This document shows positions 12,431-26,050 of a DNA stretch of 64,000 nucleotides, one piece after another. Source of the DNA: Sphyrna mokarran (lineage: Eukaryota); contig JAGIQG010000005.1 of the NCBI GenBank assembly GCA_024679065.1, forward strand, positions 34,844,001 to 34,908,000. Direction: 5' to 3'. The first letter of the stretch is position 1. Every line of letters starts with the position of its first letter. The notes under the pieces were generated by a model that worked only from the letters and a program-made list of their open reading frames with translations, ran no database searches and was not told the origin of the DNA. Both the position numbers and the translations under genes were made by a program.

Positions 12431-14236
12431 GACTAAGATCTCATAATAATTGCAATATTATCTACATCTGACCACATCCAAGAAATCAGCTAACCTAAGT
12501 CGGCCACAGCATTTAAAGAACAATTAAACCTTTTTTGAATTGCCCTCATTTCTGCTATGTGTCTGTTTTTGTGAATATTTGTGGGTCCTAACAACTGAAT
12601 GAAGGCTAAATACTTGACGTCACATTTTTATTATTATTCCTGGGTGGTAGTAAATAATTTTGTTTTTCTCTTTGACTCAAGGGAAACTTGTTTGATTAGT
12701 TCCTTAATGCTCACAGCTTAAATAGATGAATAAATTCTGATTTGGAAAAGTCATACCCTCATGAGAAGTAGGCTCAGCCCTTTGTTGTGGACCGACAAGG
12801 GATGGCAGATTTCCTCCCCGAAAGGACATTAATGACCCAGATGGGTTTTTACAATAATCAGTGCAAGATACTATCATCATCACTGGCTTTATACATATTT
12901 ATTGAAGTTAAATTCCACCAGCTGCCAGTGTCTCCTGAGCCTGGGCCTCAGGATTACTTGATCCTGCCACAATGCCACCATTGCTGCTGCCCGTGCTTGT
13001 GACACATAAATTTAAAAAAATCTCTCCCATGTCAGTCAACATATGATTGCAGTGTGACAGTAATGTGACACCCCAGGATATATACTCACTCAACAGCTAC
13101 TTCCCAGCTCTTTTCGAACAATATGACAATGGAACAATAGAATGTATGCATTCCTGCCTGGAAAACAAGGGGTTGAACTTTTAGGTAGGATTTTCCAACC
13201 TTACCAGCAGCGGGCATTGTCAGTGGCTCCCAGCTCCAACTTTGGTGAAGTCCGTCACTGGCAAAGGTAATATCGAATGGGCTGGAGTCAAATTGAAGTC
13301 AAACTGAAAGAAAAGTTGATTAGGAATATAGCTTGAAAGACAAAAAGGCTCACCCAGTGAGCTTTGAGTTTCAGGCACGGGGTAGCACATTTTCGTTCTG
13401 TGGCTTTCACTTGTCTTTGAGCAGCTAGCTAAAGAGTGCCATTAGCAGAAGCCTCACATTAAGGCTTCTGCTCAGTTAATTGGCTCAGGAGACACTACAG
13501 GTTTCACTGAGTCCTAAAGTCAACCAACGCACAAAAAAAACTACCAGTTTTTCAGGCACGTCAAAGTGACCCTGATATTCATTATGGCAGTAAAGTTCAA
13601 ATGTTTGATTAATTGAGCTCTGAGTTGCAAGAAGCCAAGTTTATTCATACTAGATGAAACAATTTGGAGATAAAGAAAAGATTTTAAAAGGGGAACTGAT
13701 GAAACGGACGTAGAGAAATATTTTGTGCTACGTTAGCATGGAAGAAAATACCATCATAAAGAAAACATGAGGAACCTTTACTCCATTTGGGACACACCGT
13801 TCAAAGGCAGCAACTCCCCTCCACCTTCGCAAAGACCATTAGGGGAGGGCAGTAAATGCTGACCTTGCCAGCAGTGCTCATATACCATGAAATAACATCT
13901 GTTGGAAATGAATATGCAGAATAAACTTCTCATGCTTGAGGTTATTGGTTTATTGATGAGGCTGCCACCTAATAGAGTAAATATGGAATCAGTCCGAGTA
14001 TCCAAAAGTGAATTGAATCTAAAAAGTGACTAAACAAAGTAAAAAGAAGCTTGGGTTCAGACAGCAAAGGAAAAATGGCCAGATCAACCTTGAAACATGT
14101 CCATGAAGATTAATTGAGCAGCATATGCTAAATAGTCTTTTTGACCTACATTGCATTTTATTTAGTGCTCTTAGCGTTGGCATCTTCACTGGCTTTAATG
14201 GCAAAATGTGAAATTTCAATCATGACAAGCACATGT

Positions 14237-14508
14237 AATAGAATTCCTGCAGTGCAGAAAGAGATCATTTGGCCCATCAAGTGTGTGTACCCACAACAAT
14301 CCCATTCAAGTCCTATCCCCGTAATCCCACAAATTTATCTTCCTGACACTAAGGGGCACATCTTTACGACTGTGGGTGGAAACCAGAGCACCCATAAGAA
14401 ACAGACAACATGCAAACTCTACACAGACAGGCACCAGAGGCCAGAATTGAACCCAGGGCTCTGGCACTGTGAGACATAGTGCAAACCACAATGCCACTGT
14501 ACCACCCA
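14237..14508 (-). mobile_element. HE1/V-SINE with CR1-type tail
   Basis: tRNA-like head (gggttcaattctgg B box), gagtttgcatgtt core and tail gatgggccaaatg..ctgcactgcaggaattcta. Confidence 0.8.
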
Positions 14509-14777
14509 CATCATCATGCTATTGGTAAAAAAATGTTTTGGGCTGTTCATTACAAACACAGATCTTCAAGTCTCAGCCTCCAGCTGCAAATAACAAGATC
14601 ACCATTTCAGAGCATAATGTTTGTTTGTATCCACATTCAAGTTTTCAACTTAGCTGTTCACCCAGGGAAATACAATGGTTACATTTTATGAAACTACAAC
14701 TAGGATATTGCTATCTATATAGGAAACATGTCAATTTTCAATTTTAACATGGAGGGGCAATGGAGTGCACCTTGTTT

Positions 14778-15090
14778 TAGTTAATTTATTTAGTTTATTT
14801 ATTAGAGTCACAAGTAGGCTTACATTAACACTGCAATGAAGTTGCTGTGAAAATCCCCTGGTCGCCACATTCCAGCACTGTTTAGATACACTGAGGGAGA
14901 ATTTAGCATGGCCAATACACCTAACCCATACATCTTTGGATGGCATAGGAGCACAACAGTTGGCGCTGCTGCCTCACAGCGCTAAGGATCAGGGTTTGAT
15001 TCCTGTTTAGCCTACTATCCGTGTGGAGTTTGCACGTTCTTCCCATGTCTGTGTAGGTTTCTCTGGTTTCTTCCCACAATTCAGAAGCTG
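14778..15090. mobile_element. HE1/V-SINE with Rex1-like tail and inverted 5' half
   Basis: 14778-14940 is the 3' half on the minus strand; 14941-15090 is the 5' half on the plus strand. Confidence 0.7.
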
Positions 15091-15092
15091 TT

Positions 15093-15606
15093 CGTGAGTC
15101 AATTGGTATATGTCCTTGGACTCCTGTATCTCTTTCCCAATGGAAGAAAGTGGAAGGGAGCATGTCTGGGGCACATGAGGTCCTTAATTATGCTGGATGC
15201 TTTTCTAAGGCAGTGGGAAGTGTGGACGGAGTGAAAGGAGGGATAAGTTGCTTTGAATCATGGACCTCTCTTCACTCATAACTCTTTGTAGTTTCATGCC
15301 ATCTTGGGCACAATAGGAGCCATACCAAACTGTGATACGACCAGAAAGAATGCTTTCTATGATACATCTGTAAAGGGCGGTGAGAGTCATAGCTCACATG
15401 CCAAATTGCCTTAGTCTTCTGAGGAAGTAAAGGCATTAGTGGGCTTTCTTATCTATAGTGTCAGCATGGAGAAACCAGACAAGTTGTTGGTGATCTGGAG
15501 ACTTAAAAACTTGAAGCTCGTGACCATTAATATTTCATCCCCTGCTGTAAACTGGGCCTGTCCTCTACTACTCTTCCTGAAGTCAATGACTATCTCCCTC
15601 ATTTTG
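15093..15606 (-). mobile_element. Rex1/Babar LINE RT C-terminal fragment
   Basis: ORF 15205-15390 TLTALYRCIIESILSGRITVWYG and upstream EIVIDFRK; homologous to 43305-43943. Confidence 0.8.
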
Positions 15607-15764
15607 AAGTCACTATCTATACTTACACAAAAAAATGGGTGGTAATTTTCAGGTCATTCCCTCACTCACTACATAAAAACATTCATTCCACGTTCCCTCT
15701 GCCCCTCTTTCCAAAGCCTTAAATGGTTTGTTCCTAGTCCTTATACTATCAGCTACTCGAAGCA

Positions 15765-16085
15765 TAAAATCCCTGCAGTGAAGAAGGAGGCCATTTGGTC
15801 ATCAAGTCTTCACCAACTCTCCAACAGACCATCACACAGATGCCCTATCCCCATAATCCCATGTTTTTACCCTGCTAATCCCTACATTTTAGGACACCAA
15901 GGGGCAAGTTACAATGGCCAATCCACATAACCTGCACATCTTTGGACTGTGGGAGGAAACCACAGCGACCAGAGAAAAGCTCACAGACATGGGAGAGTGT
16001 GCAAATTCCACACAGTGACCCATGGCTGGAATTGAACTTGGACCACTGGTGCTCTGTGGCAGCAGTGCTAACCACGGTCCCTCCA
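15765..16085 (-). mobile_element. HE1/V-SINE, full length, CR1-type tail
   Basis: Head gtggttagcactgctgcc, V-domain tggattggccattgtaacttgcccctt and CR1-like tail. Confidence 0.85.
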
Positions 16086-16575
16086 TGTTGCAGAGAACAG
16101 TTTTTCCTTGTCTACATCATGCAAACCTGTCCTGATCTTGCACACCTTTATCAAATCTCCCCTTCATTTCCTTTAAATGAGCCCAAATTCTCCAATTTAA
16201 AATTGTAGCTAAAATTTTCCCATCCTGGAACCATTCTGCAAAATGTCTTCTGCAGCATTTCAAGAATGCTCATACTCTTTGTAAACTGTGGTAACCAGAA
16301 CTGTATGCAACACTCCAGCTGTGGATTAAGTACATCTTTACTGTATTAATGTTCTGCTTAGAGTCATACAGTGCAGAAAAAGCCCTTCTGCCCAGTGAGT
16401 CTGCATTGACAGTGTCTCCCACTAAAGGTGCACTAACCCCATTTTGCAGCACTTGTCCTATATCCTTGAGTATTAATGTGAGTTAAGAATCCTGCTTTTT
16501 TTTCTAACTCAATGCCTCTCTTCATGAAGCCCAAGGTACCACAGGGTTTGCTAGCCACTCCCTCGATATGTTCAT

Positions 16576-16748
16576 AGATCATAGAATTCTTACAATGCAG
16601 AAGAAGGCCATTCAGCCCATTGAGTCTGCACTGATCACAATTTCACCCAGGCCTCATTCCTTCAATCTATCATGTTTACCCCGCTATTTCCTTGTCACTA
16701 GGTTAATTTTAGCATGACCAATCAACCTAACCTGTACATCTTGGGATT
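16576..16748 (-). mobile_element. HE1/V-SINE 3' half
   Basis: ggttaggttgattggtcatgctaaaa...caatgggctgaatggccttcttctgcattgtaagaattctatg on the minus strand. Confidence 0.75.
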
Positions 16749-16947
16749 GCCAATTGGTTCTCCCAATTTCAAAATCTGCTTGAGGACAAGATAAATCTCA
16801 GCAATGATACCTTCGGTATTTGAGGAGTCTGTGTCAGGCCTGTACAGAAAATTTTATTAGCAGGCAGTGCACTACTGGAACACCCTTGTGCACACTCTTC
16901 ACTAGTTTAGAAAGTCAGATACTTGTGAAACAGACACACTGCCAACA

Positions 16948-17160
16948 GCGTGGTGACTGGAATGCGCTGCCTGGGAGGGTGATAGAGGCCAGTTAGCTCA
17001 CATCCTTTCAAAAATACTTTGGTGACCATTTGGCACATCATAATATTCATGGCTATGGGCTAAATGCTGGTAAATGGGATTAGGTGGAAAGTCAGCTGTC
17101 CCTCGAGCGATGGTGCAGACTAAATGGGCTGAAGCGTCTCTTCTGCACTAGATGGTTCCA
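16948..17160 (+). mobile_element. CR1 3' end fragment
   Basis: RVV.WNALPGRVIEA motif followed by a CR1 3' UTR. Confidence 0.75.
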
Positions 17161-17934
17161 TAATGCCAAGTCTGTACACATCAGTATTTCCAAAGTATTG
17201 GGTGGAATTGAGATTAATACATTTTGGGGTTTATCAACAGGAAAGGACACCACTTTCTGAACACCCAAATATTCTGCGAACAGTGTTAAAGAATTCTATT
17301 TTATCAATGCATAGCTTCCAGGATATCCCCAAGAGACTCATGCTTAATGGAATGATAGTTTGGACTTTTCATTTTCTTCCCATTCATTCTAAAGAATAGA
17401 AAGAAAGAACGTTAAATTTCTATTACATGTTTCATGGTCAATGAAATATATTTTGAAGTGCCCTCACTGTTGTAATATAACAGTCAATTTGCATTCAAGT
17501 TAAATTGCTTCTTGGGAAAAGAGTTGTGCCACAGTGGTGAAACACAGGAAGAATTGATGATAATAAACATATGTAAAAAGAAAAATAATGCATCATTTCA
17601 AAAGGAGTGTGAGCTATAGGTGCACTATAAATTGAAAGGGTGGGATAGTGCTGCAGTATTAACTCTGCACAAGTATTGAATATTTAAGTTAGATATATTT
17701 CCCCATAAATGGTGAAGGGCGGCTTTTTTTTATATGAATATTTAGTTTTTGATTAAACTATTAAGGTGCTGAAAACACTTTTATGCCTTCAAGATAAATT
17801 CTGGATTAATTGATGACTGAGTTTCAGTCAGAGAGTCATGGTTTCTGTGCAGCTGATGAACATTTATCCGAATAAATTAAAGGGCATATTTTTATGGCAT
17901 TCATTCAGATTATCACACAGAAATTTCAGTGACA

Positions 17935-18230
17935 CATTGTTGTCTCCAAGGAAGAAGGTTGTGGATTCAAACAACACTCTAGAAGTTTTGGCACAATAAC
18001 TGAGTGTCCCTTATGTGGATTTGGATTCGTCTAGGATCGCTTCTCAGGTGAATGTAAAAAAATCCCATGTCGCTATTTAAGGAAGAGCGGGCACTTTTAT
18101 CCAGAAAACATTTATACCTCAGCCAACATGACCATAAACAGATGATCTGGTTTTCATTTCGTTGCCATTTGTGGGAGATTGCTGTGTATAAATCAATTGT
18201 AACATGAGAATTAATTTCCTACATTACAAC
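17935..18230 (+). mobile_element. Deu-domain SINE (SacSINE1/AmnSINE1-like), decayed
   Basis: gtgaatgtaaaa..atcccatg.cgctattt..gaagagc..atttatacctcagccaacat..aaacagatgatctgg..tttgtgggagattgctgtg matches the Deu core as recalled. A second copy lies at about 52575-52935. Confidence 0.65.
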
Positions 18231-18348
18231 ATGGCACAGTAGTTGCGGCTAATACTCTTAAGAAACATATTAATTGAGAGGATGCAAGCCCATTCCCAAA
18301 TGACCAATTAGTACTAATATTTTGCAAGAGCTCTATTTGAAATATAAA

Positions 18349-18803
18349 GGGTAGCACGGTGGCAACAGTGGTTAGCACAGCTGTCTCGCAGTGCCAGGGA
18401 CCTAGTTTAAATTCTGGCCTCAGGTTACATTCTTACTGTGTCTGCACAGGTTTCCTCCCAATGCCCTGGTTTCCTCCCACAGTCCAAAGATTAGGTTGGG
18501 TTCATTGGCATGCCAAACTGATCCTAGCATCAGGGGGATTTGTAAGTTAAAGTGGGTGTTTGCGAGAATAGGGCCTGGGTGGGATTGTGGCTGGTACAGA
18601 CTCAATGGGCCAAATAGCCTCCTTCTGTACTGTAGAGACTCTATGATCTATGATGCTTGGCCACAATAAATTACGTCTTTGTGTCGGGGGATTAGCAGGG
18701 TAAATGCATGGGGTTACAGGGTGGGACTTGGTTGGGATTGATGTCAGTACAAATTCAATGGGCCGAATGACCTCCTTCTACAGTGTAGCTATTCTATTCT
18801 ATG
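18349..18803 (+). mobile_element. HE1/V-SINE plus an adjacent second HE1 3' fragment
   Basis: gggtagcacggtggcaacagtggttagcac head and CR1-type tails ending in ctctatg/ttctatg at about 18650 and 18803. Confidence 0.8.
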
Positions 18804-19580
18804 AAATCAAATCCCAAAATTGCAAAACAGTTCACAACTCATTGCCTGCATGTGTCATTAAAAAAAATGCATCAGTCACCCCCAAATCCATTCTACCATT
18901 GACTTTCTTTTCTTTTATATGATTTTTTTTTCTCAGGCTAATGCTGTGAGGTGAATGACAGGTGCTCCATGATACACCCCAGTCAGGAGCAAGGAATCAG
19001 CAGTTAGTCAGTGATGAATGGACAGCAAAGAAATGAAGAGTTTGTACCTAAGGTCACTTGTTTAACTATTCAGCTAATTTGTGAGCTAGCCCCAGTACAG
19101 TAACAAGTAGTGTGAGCTAAATGCCTGCACATGGAGATTTCTTTGCAAAACCAGTGATAGCAAATGAAATAAAAAATAAGGAGAGCATTGACCTGAGGTC
19201 TGTAGCCACTAATTTTTCTAGATTTACAGTTATGCATTTTTCCCTGATTTGCTCTTGATTTTAAGCCCATAATGTCTATTCAAAGCTATGTTTTATTTAA
19301 TTTTAGTTGATAATATTGATCCTAGCCCAGCTATGATTGTTTTTGAATGATTATTCAATAGTAATCAGTAGTGACATGTTTTCCCACACCATGGGTAGAA
19401 TTCTTCCATCTGGGGACTAAATCCTATGGCAGGGCTGGGAGAGTGGAGTCTTCCCTATTGCAACAGCCGATGACAAAGCATGCCAATTTTTTTCCGCCCG
19501 ACCTTATTAACGATGTAACTTGGTGTTTTGTGCCACATTTTGTGGCAGGGCAGGCCTGATTGTGGGTGGTGCCCTGTTGA

Positions 19581-20292
19581 TGCATGCTGCTGTACAGAGG
19601 GACCTGGGTGTCTTTGTGCAGGAATCTCAAGAAGTTGCAGGTGCAGCAGATAATTAAGAAGGCAAATGGAATTTTGTCCTTTATTACTAGAGGGATGGAG
19701 TTTAAAAACAACGAGGTTACGTTCCAGCTGTATAAGGTGCTGGTGAGGCCACACCTGGAGTACTGTATATAGTTCTGGTCTCCTTACTTGGAAAAGGATA
19801 TACTGGCACTGGAGATATTGCAGAGGAGATTCACGAGCTTGATTCTGGAGTTGAGAGGGTTGGATTATGAGTAAAATGGAGCTATATCCATTCGAATTCA
19901 GAAGAATAAGGCGAGATCTTACTGAAACAAATCAGATTATGAAGGGAATTGATAATATAGAAGCAGGGAAGTTGTTTCCACTGGCAGGTAAAGCTAGAAC
20001 TAGGGGCCTGACCTTAAAATAAGGGGAAGCAGAATTTGGACTGAGTTGAGGAGGAACTTCTTCACACAAAGGGTTGTGAATCTGTGGAATTCCCTGCCCA
20101 GTGAAGCAGCTGAGGCTACCTCAGTGAATATTTTAAAGATGAGGATAGATAAATGGTTGAACAGGATTAAGGGAGCGGGCAGTTAAGTGGAGCTAAGTCC
20201 ACGAAAAGATCAGCCATGATCTTATTGAATGGCGGAGCAGGCTCGAGGGGCCAGGTGGCCTACACCTGCTCTAATTCCTGTGTTTTTATGTT
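19581..20292 (+). mobile_element. 5'-truncated CR1 inserted in a MITE-like repeat (about 19392-20850)
   Basis: QVQQIIKKANGILSFITRGMEFK..QLYKVLVRPHLEYC and a CR1 3' UTR. Confidence 0.85.
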
Positions 20293-21774
20293 GTACGTCA
20301 TTGACCTACACTTGGAGTAAGAAGGTGGACTTCCTGAGAATGAAAATGGAAGACTGGAGCACTCTGAAGCTGGAAGATGGATGTCCTGAGGAAGAAGATA
20401 GATCTCCAGGAACATTCATAGGCTGGAAGTTGGACCTCTCCAGGACACTAAATCTGAAAGGATCACTTGTAGATTCATCCTCCTTCCATTTCTGAGATGT
20501 TCCTGGGTCCAGGCTTGCTGTTGGCCCATCCTGAAATCCAATGGGAACCCTAGACGTTGTTCAGTTGAATCCCGACACCTACACGAAAGGCTGTTCCAGG
20601 CATGTTTCGCACCAACACTTTTTCCTGCTGACACCTTGAATAATCGGACATGAATGTTTGGACCATTTTCAGCATCCCATTAGCAGGAGATTCCCACCAT
20701 CCATCATGTTGGGCACCAGCAGAGGCTGCCACTGTAAATCTACGCCAGCATAAAAGTGATTTCTGGGCCGCCCCGTGAATTCAGTAGTCCATCAAATTGT
20801 CTGTCCCACCTGCAATGATTCATGTGGCGAGACAGACTGGAAAATGGAGCTGTAAGTGAGACTGTGAAAGGAACCCTCATGCCTAACCCCTTGCAAGAGA
20901 TGTAAAGCAGGGGTCTGGATTGCTATTGCCTTATTCTCATACCATACAAAGTTAACTCTACCCATCTCCTGTGTCTGTAAGTAACAGCCAATTAATTATT
21001 CAAAATACGACATGCTAACTCCACTAGCTGCAAAGCAGATAGAAAGATCCTGGTTCTTTCAAAATAGCTTTGTATTTGTTCTTCACTTCTTTAATGACAT
21101 ATAGGTGGATTCTCTGAGATCACCTGTGGCCACCCAGCTATAAGTGAGAATGGAGAATTCGGCGTTCTAGCCACATCATCCCAGCCATGAATGAGGGCAG
21201 AATTTTTGGCGATATTTATGAAATGTGATTCCAATTAAAAAGGGGGGAAGCTCTCTTGCTGAAAAGTATCTGTTTTCTTTCAATTATTTGAAGAAGAAAA
21301 TGGCACGATAATGCAGTTCATGCACAATTTTTGTGATCGCATTTGGGTATCAATAAACAAAAGTCAGAACATCATGACATGTTTTGCATCAACGCTAATG
21401 TCAAACTATCTGAAAAATCTTGTGAAAAGTTTAAAACTATGTTCAATTCAGTGTTCATATTGCAGTGATCACACCTACATCTAATGCATTATCTTTACAG
21501 ATAAAAATATCAGAGTCCTCTGAGGACTCACCATCAATTATTTCCATAGATCATACAACTTTGGAAGACTGAAAATGTTTTACATTTTCACCAACCACAA
21601 ACACAAATGTCTTAAGCAGCTTACTTCTAATTTTAACACACTCCACAAAGGATTTACTGGCATTTGTCCAGGTTATATATAATATCCATGAAGCTGGCAA
21701 TCACAAATTAGCTTTGCAAGTCCTGTTGCTGCAGATAAGCAGGCAGGGGATTGTGAAGGAAATAAAGTCAATTA

Positions 21775-22092
21775 ACTAAAACAGAGTTTTCCAAACTAGT
21801 GGAGCTTGAGGGAGATTATCAGAGGGGAGTTGCAAAGAGAACAAGCTGGAACAACAGAGGGTTGGTGAATCTCTGAAATTCTCTGTCACAAAAGGTAGTG
21901 GAGAGTGATTCGTTAGAAGTACTTCAAGTGGAGGTGAATAAATATTTGATAGATCAGGAAATAGAGAGCTACGGGGAAATGGCACAGAGAAGAAGCTGAG
22001 GCCGGCATAGATCAGCCATGATCAGACTGAATGGCAGGCCAGGCTTGAAGGGCCTCTTGGCCTACTCCTGCTTCTAGTTTTTGTGTTAGTGT
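21775..22092 (+). mobile_element. CR1 3' end fragment
   Basis: cagagggttggtgaatctctgaaattc and atagatcagccatgatc..gaatggc..ggcctactcctgcttc 3' UTR. Confidence 0.75.
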
Positions 22093-22649
22093 GTTTTTGT
22101 AGAAAGTCTGAGCTGCCTTTCAATCTTCCATGCATGGGTGGCCACCTGTTCTTTATGATCTGAATCAGCAGGGAAACATAGAGGTCATCCAGATAAGAGG
22201 TGGTACAGTGAACTGCAGGGTCAGGAAGTGAAGTCGGGAGGGATTGGGATGCTGCAATTCTCAGCAGTTAGCACTGTTAGGATTCCACTCAAACTCAGTT
22301 AAAATACATCTCAGCAATCATAAAGGACATGAATTATGATTGGAATTTGCTCTTAAAGTTTATTTAAATGTGGGGAAGTAAATTTTTAATTTCTGCACTT
22401 AATTTCTGATTCTTATTTTACATAAGAACATAAGATTTAAGATCAGGAATTGGTCATTCTGCCCTCGGAGATTGCTCGCCATTGAAGAAGATCACAGCTG
22501 ATCTTCTACATTAAATTCACCTGCATCATATCCTAATGATTAAACTTTCACTGAGTTAGAATCTTTGAGTAGCCTGACTGGGCTGTGTACCAGTCAGTAC
22601 CTGTCAACTCTCTAAACCAATATAACAGCAAAATGTTCCAGTTAATGAA

Positions 22650-23043
22650 AATCCAGAATGAAATCAGAAAATGCTGGATACCCTTGGCAGCTCTGACAGT
22701 ATCCATGGAGCAAGATACGGAGTCAAAACCCCAGATCATGTACTGATAAAACGCACAGATCTCAAACAACTCTCTCTCCACAGATACTGCCCAGAACCAC
22801 CCAAAGATTTGTATCAGTGTTTCCTCTTTTGGAAACCCAATGATTTTGTCTTGTCTCCTTGATTCTGTGAATATGGAAGATATGCAGAGCTGTATTTTGT
22901 TTTATAATATAAAGGCAAAATATTGCAGATGCTAGAAGGTGAAACCAAAACAGGAAAGGCTGGAAAGCCCCAGCAATCTGACAGCATCTGTGGAGAGAGA
23001 ACAGAGCCCATATTCTGAGGGTAGATGACCCTTCATCTGAGAT
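22650..23043. mobile_element. Penelope-type terminal repeats (inverted pair 22650-22832 plus minus copy 22915-23043)
   Basis: ctctctccacagat(a/g)ctgcc..ccagcattttctg family; decayed hammerhead cores near 22743 (+) and 23030-23040 (-). Confidence 0.6.
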
Positions 23044-23994
23044 GCTGACATCTTGGAGATGATTTTCCCAACCCGCTGTTCTGTTTTTGCATGCAATGGG
23101 CCAGGTGATTTGAGTGGAGGCCATTTTGCGGGCTCGCCGCTGGGCACTATGGCCTCCATGAGTTTCTGGCAGCCATATTTCCGGTGCTGTCAGCTCAACA
23201 CCAGAAATTAGCACAGAGCTGCAGAAGTTGTGGTAATCTTCATTTACCATATCTTTTCCATATCATCAGCAAGCACGGGACTGAAGTCTCTGGGCCCACT
23301 AGCGTCTGTCAGTGGCAGAAGTGTTTCATTTCAGCGGGGTTTACTCTCGCTTCCCACTTGCAGGAGCTGGCAGCCCAACCACACTGGAGAGAAGGGGGAA
23401 CAATTGAAACTGCCCAAGAAGATTGGGTCCTTGGCAGTGCCAACATGGGCCCCTAGGCATTGCCCAAGGGGAAAAGTGCCAATGCCAAGAAAGTACCTTG
23501 GCATTGGGCACCAGGCAGCGCCAAGGGGATGGGGCCTAATGGGAATGGGCCTCTGAGGTGACCGGTGGGATTGGTAATTCCGCTGCCACAATGCACTCGG
23601 ACTGAGTGACAGAGGAAGGGAGACCAGCAATCAGGCTAGGCATCAGGGACAAGGGATGGGAGGGGTATCTGCCTGCTAGGTGGGTCAGGGCACTGGGGGA
23701 TGGTCGGGTCTGCAGTTGGGAGTGGGGGGAGTTTGGTTAGGAGAACGAGGCTGTGGTGGAGTGGGTGTTGAGACTGGCCCAAACATATCCAGAGGGTCAG
23801 CGATTTGGCTGTGAAGGGGGTCGCACAACTGGCTGTGCAGGAGTCGCGGGAGTCTGAATCAGATCAAATATGTGGGCATGTATCAAGGCAGATAACAAAT
23901 AAAAAACAGATTTTGAAGATATGGTAAACACCTGCAGAATAAAATAAATATGAAATGTCTTTCTTCGATAACAAACAATCCCGACAAATGCAAT

Positions 23995-24258
23995 TCTTTA
24001 AGTTTATTAATGTCAAAAGTATGCTTACATTAACACTGCAATGAAGTTACTGTGAAAGTACCCTAGTTGCCACACTCCGATCTCTGTTTGGGTTACACTC
24101 AGGAAGAGTTTAACATGGCCAATGCACCTAACCAGCATGTGGGAGGAAACTGGAGCATCCAGAGGAAACTCACACAGACATGGGGAGAACATGCAGACTC
24201 CACACAGACTTGGATCCCTGGCAATTTGAGACAAATGTGCTAATCACTGTGCCACCCT
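23995..24258 (-). mobile_element. HE1/V-SINE with Rex1-like tail
   Basis: Head gtggcacagtgattagcac; tail actttcacagtaacttcattgcagtgttaatgtaagcatacttttgacattaataaac. Confidence 0.8.
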
Positions 24259-25129
24259 GATTCCTTCAAAACATTGAAGGATGAGGCCAACTTTACTATT
24301 TGCAATTGAAAAATGTGAAAGCTTCAACAACAGTGAATGTCTGGATGATATATCAGAGTTCAGTTTGCCTACAAACATGTATAATAAAATGAAGGTGATG
24401 GACCAAAGAAGAATGATGCCAGCACTGTTGTTACTTTAGAATAGCAATATCTGTCATGAAACTGGCTTGTTGACTCGCTCATTACATTCATTCATTCCAT
24501 GCTTATGAAAAATTACAAACAAAATTAATTCATCTCAATGGGAAAGAAAAACAAAATGGGCTGAGAACAAAAATCTAGACGCAATAGATCTTTTGTTCAT
24601 CATTGACAACCATCTTAGAAAGATGATATAAAGAGCAACTTTATCGACTTTGTTAGGTTATTCTTATAAGACTATGTAATTGATAGCGAAATCTGTAGAT
24701 CAAACTAAGGGGAAACAAGGCAGGAGATTGGAAAATATTTCCACTTTTGGTTTCAACTGTCAGCATTGCCAGATGCAAAGGAAAACCCATTTACTTGCTC
24801 TGTTACATTTCTTTCCAACATCCTGCTCCCTACTGAACACTAACAATCCTTCCTATGTAGCGTCATAGAGATCACAGAATCAAATACATAGAGCAAGAAG
24901 CCATACAGCCTTGTTAAACCCAGATATTAATGCAGACGATTTTTCAAGGCTGACTGGGCAGAGTATATCTTTGTCGTGTCAATGCCTATGTTGATGCCAA
25001 GTGGTTTGTCCGGTTTTATTCTTATTGAGCTTTTCTGTTGAAGTATGATAGAACATAATGGTTTATTGGACCATTCCAGAGTATAGTTAAGAAGAAACCA
25101 CATTGCTGTGGGTCTATGGGCCCTAACAA

Positions 25130-26050
25130 CATCCTGGTAGTAATTCTGACAACTTGTGTTCCACAGTTGACCATTTATCTAGCCAAGCTACAACACCATG
25201 TGGAGAATTAACACTTACATCATATCATCAAAAAGTAAGACAAATCCAATTCTGACCACTTAACATCCCACTAATCTCTTCTCAAGCAAGTGATAGAAGA
25301 TGTCTCTATCAATGCAATCCAGTGGCACTTCCACAACAATAACTCATTCACTGGTTCTCAGTTTGGATTCTGTTGCAGGGCACTGGGTTGCAGATTTTAT
25401 TACAACCTTAGTCCAAATTTGAACAAAGGAGCTGAATTCCAGAGATGAAGTGAGTGTGATTGCCCTTGACATCAAGGCAGCATTTGACCAATTGAAATTA
25501 AATAAATTGAACAACATTTGACCAAGTACAGCATCAAGGAACCCAAACAAAATTGAAGGGCACTCAGAAGGAAAACTTTCCATTGGTTGGAATCATGCTG
25601 AACAGCCTCTTGCAGCTCAAGACATTGCTGCAAGGGTTCGGCATGATAGGGTTCGAGGTCCAAACATTTTCAGCAGTTTCATCAATGACTATTCCTCCAT
25701 CAAAGGGTCTGAAGTGGGAATGTTCACATATGATTGCAAAGTGTCCAGTTCCACTCAAGGCTCTGCATGTATTGAAAAATTCCATACCCGCAAGTCGCAA
25801 AATCTGAACAGCATTCAGCTTTCTGCTGGTAACTGGCAACTGACATTTGCACCACACAAGTATCAAGCAATGAGCACCTTCAAGAAAGAATCTAACCATT
25901 TCCTTTTGATATTCAATGACTTTACCATTGCTGAATCCCCAACCATCAAGATCCTGGGAGAGTTATCACTGACCACGACCTCAACCAGACCAGCCAAATA
26001 AATATAGGAGCAAGTTAAATGCTGGGGAATTATCCGGCAAGTAACTCACC
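25130..26050 (+). mobile_element. Decayed RT of a second CR1/L2-group LINE family
   Basis: Frameshifted KDKSN, QFGF, ITTLVQI..KELNSRDEVSVIALDIKAAFD and NWQLTFAPHKYQAM motifs. Confidence 0.75.

Noticed and set aside
13444-13472. Perfect 11-bp hairpin agcagaagcct-N7-aggcttctgct
   Set aside because: Short enough to arise by chance in 64 kb, with no supporting context.
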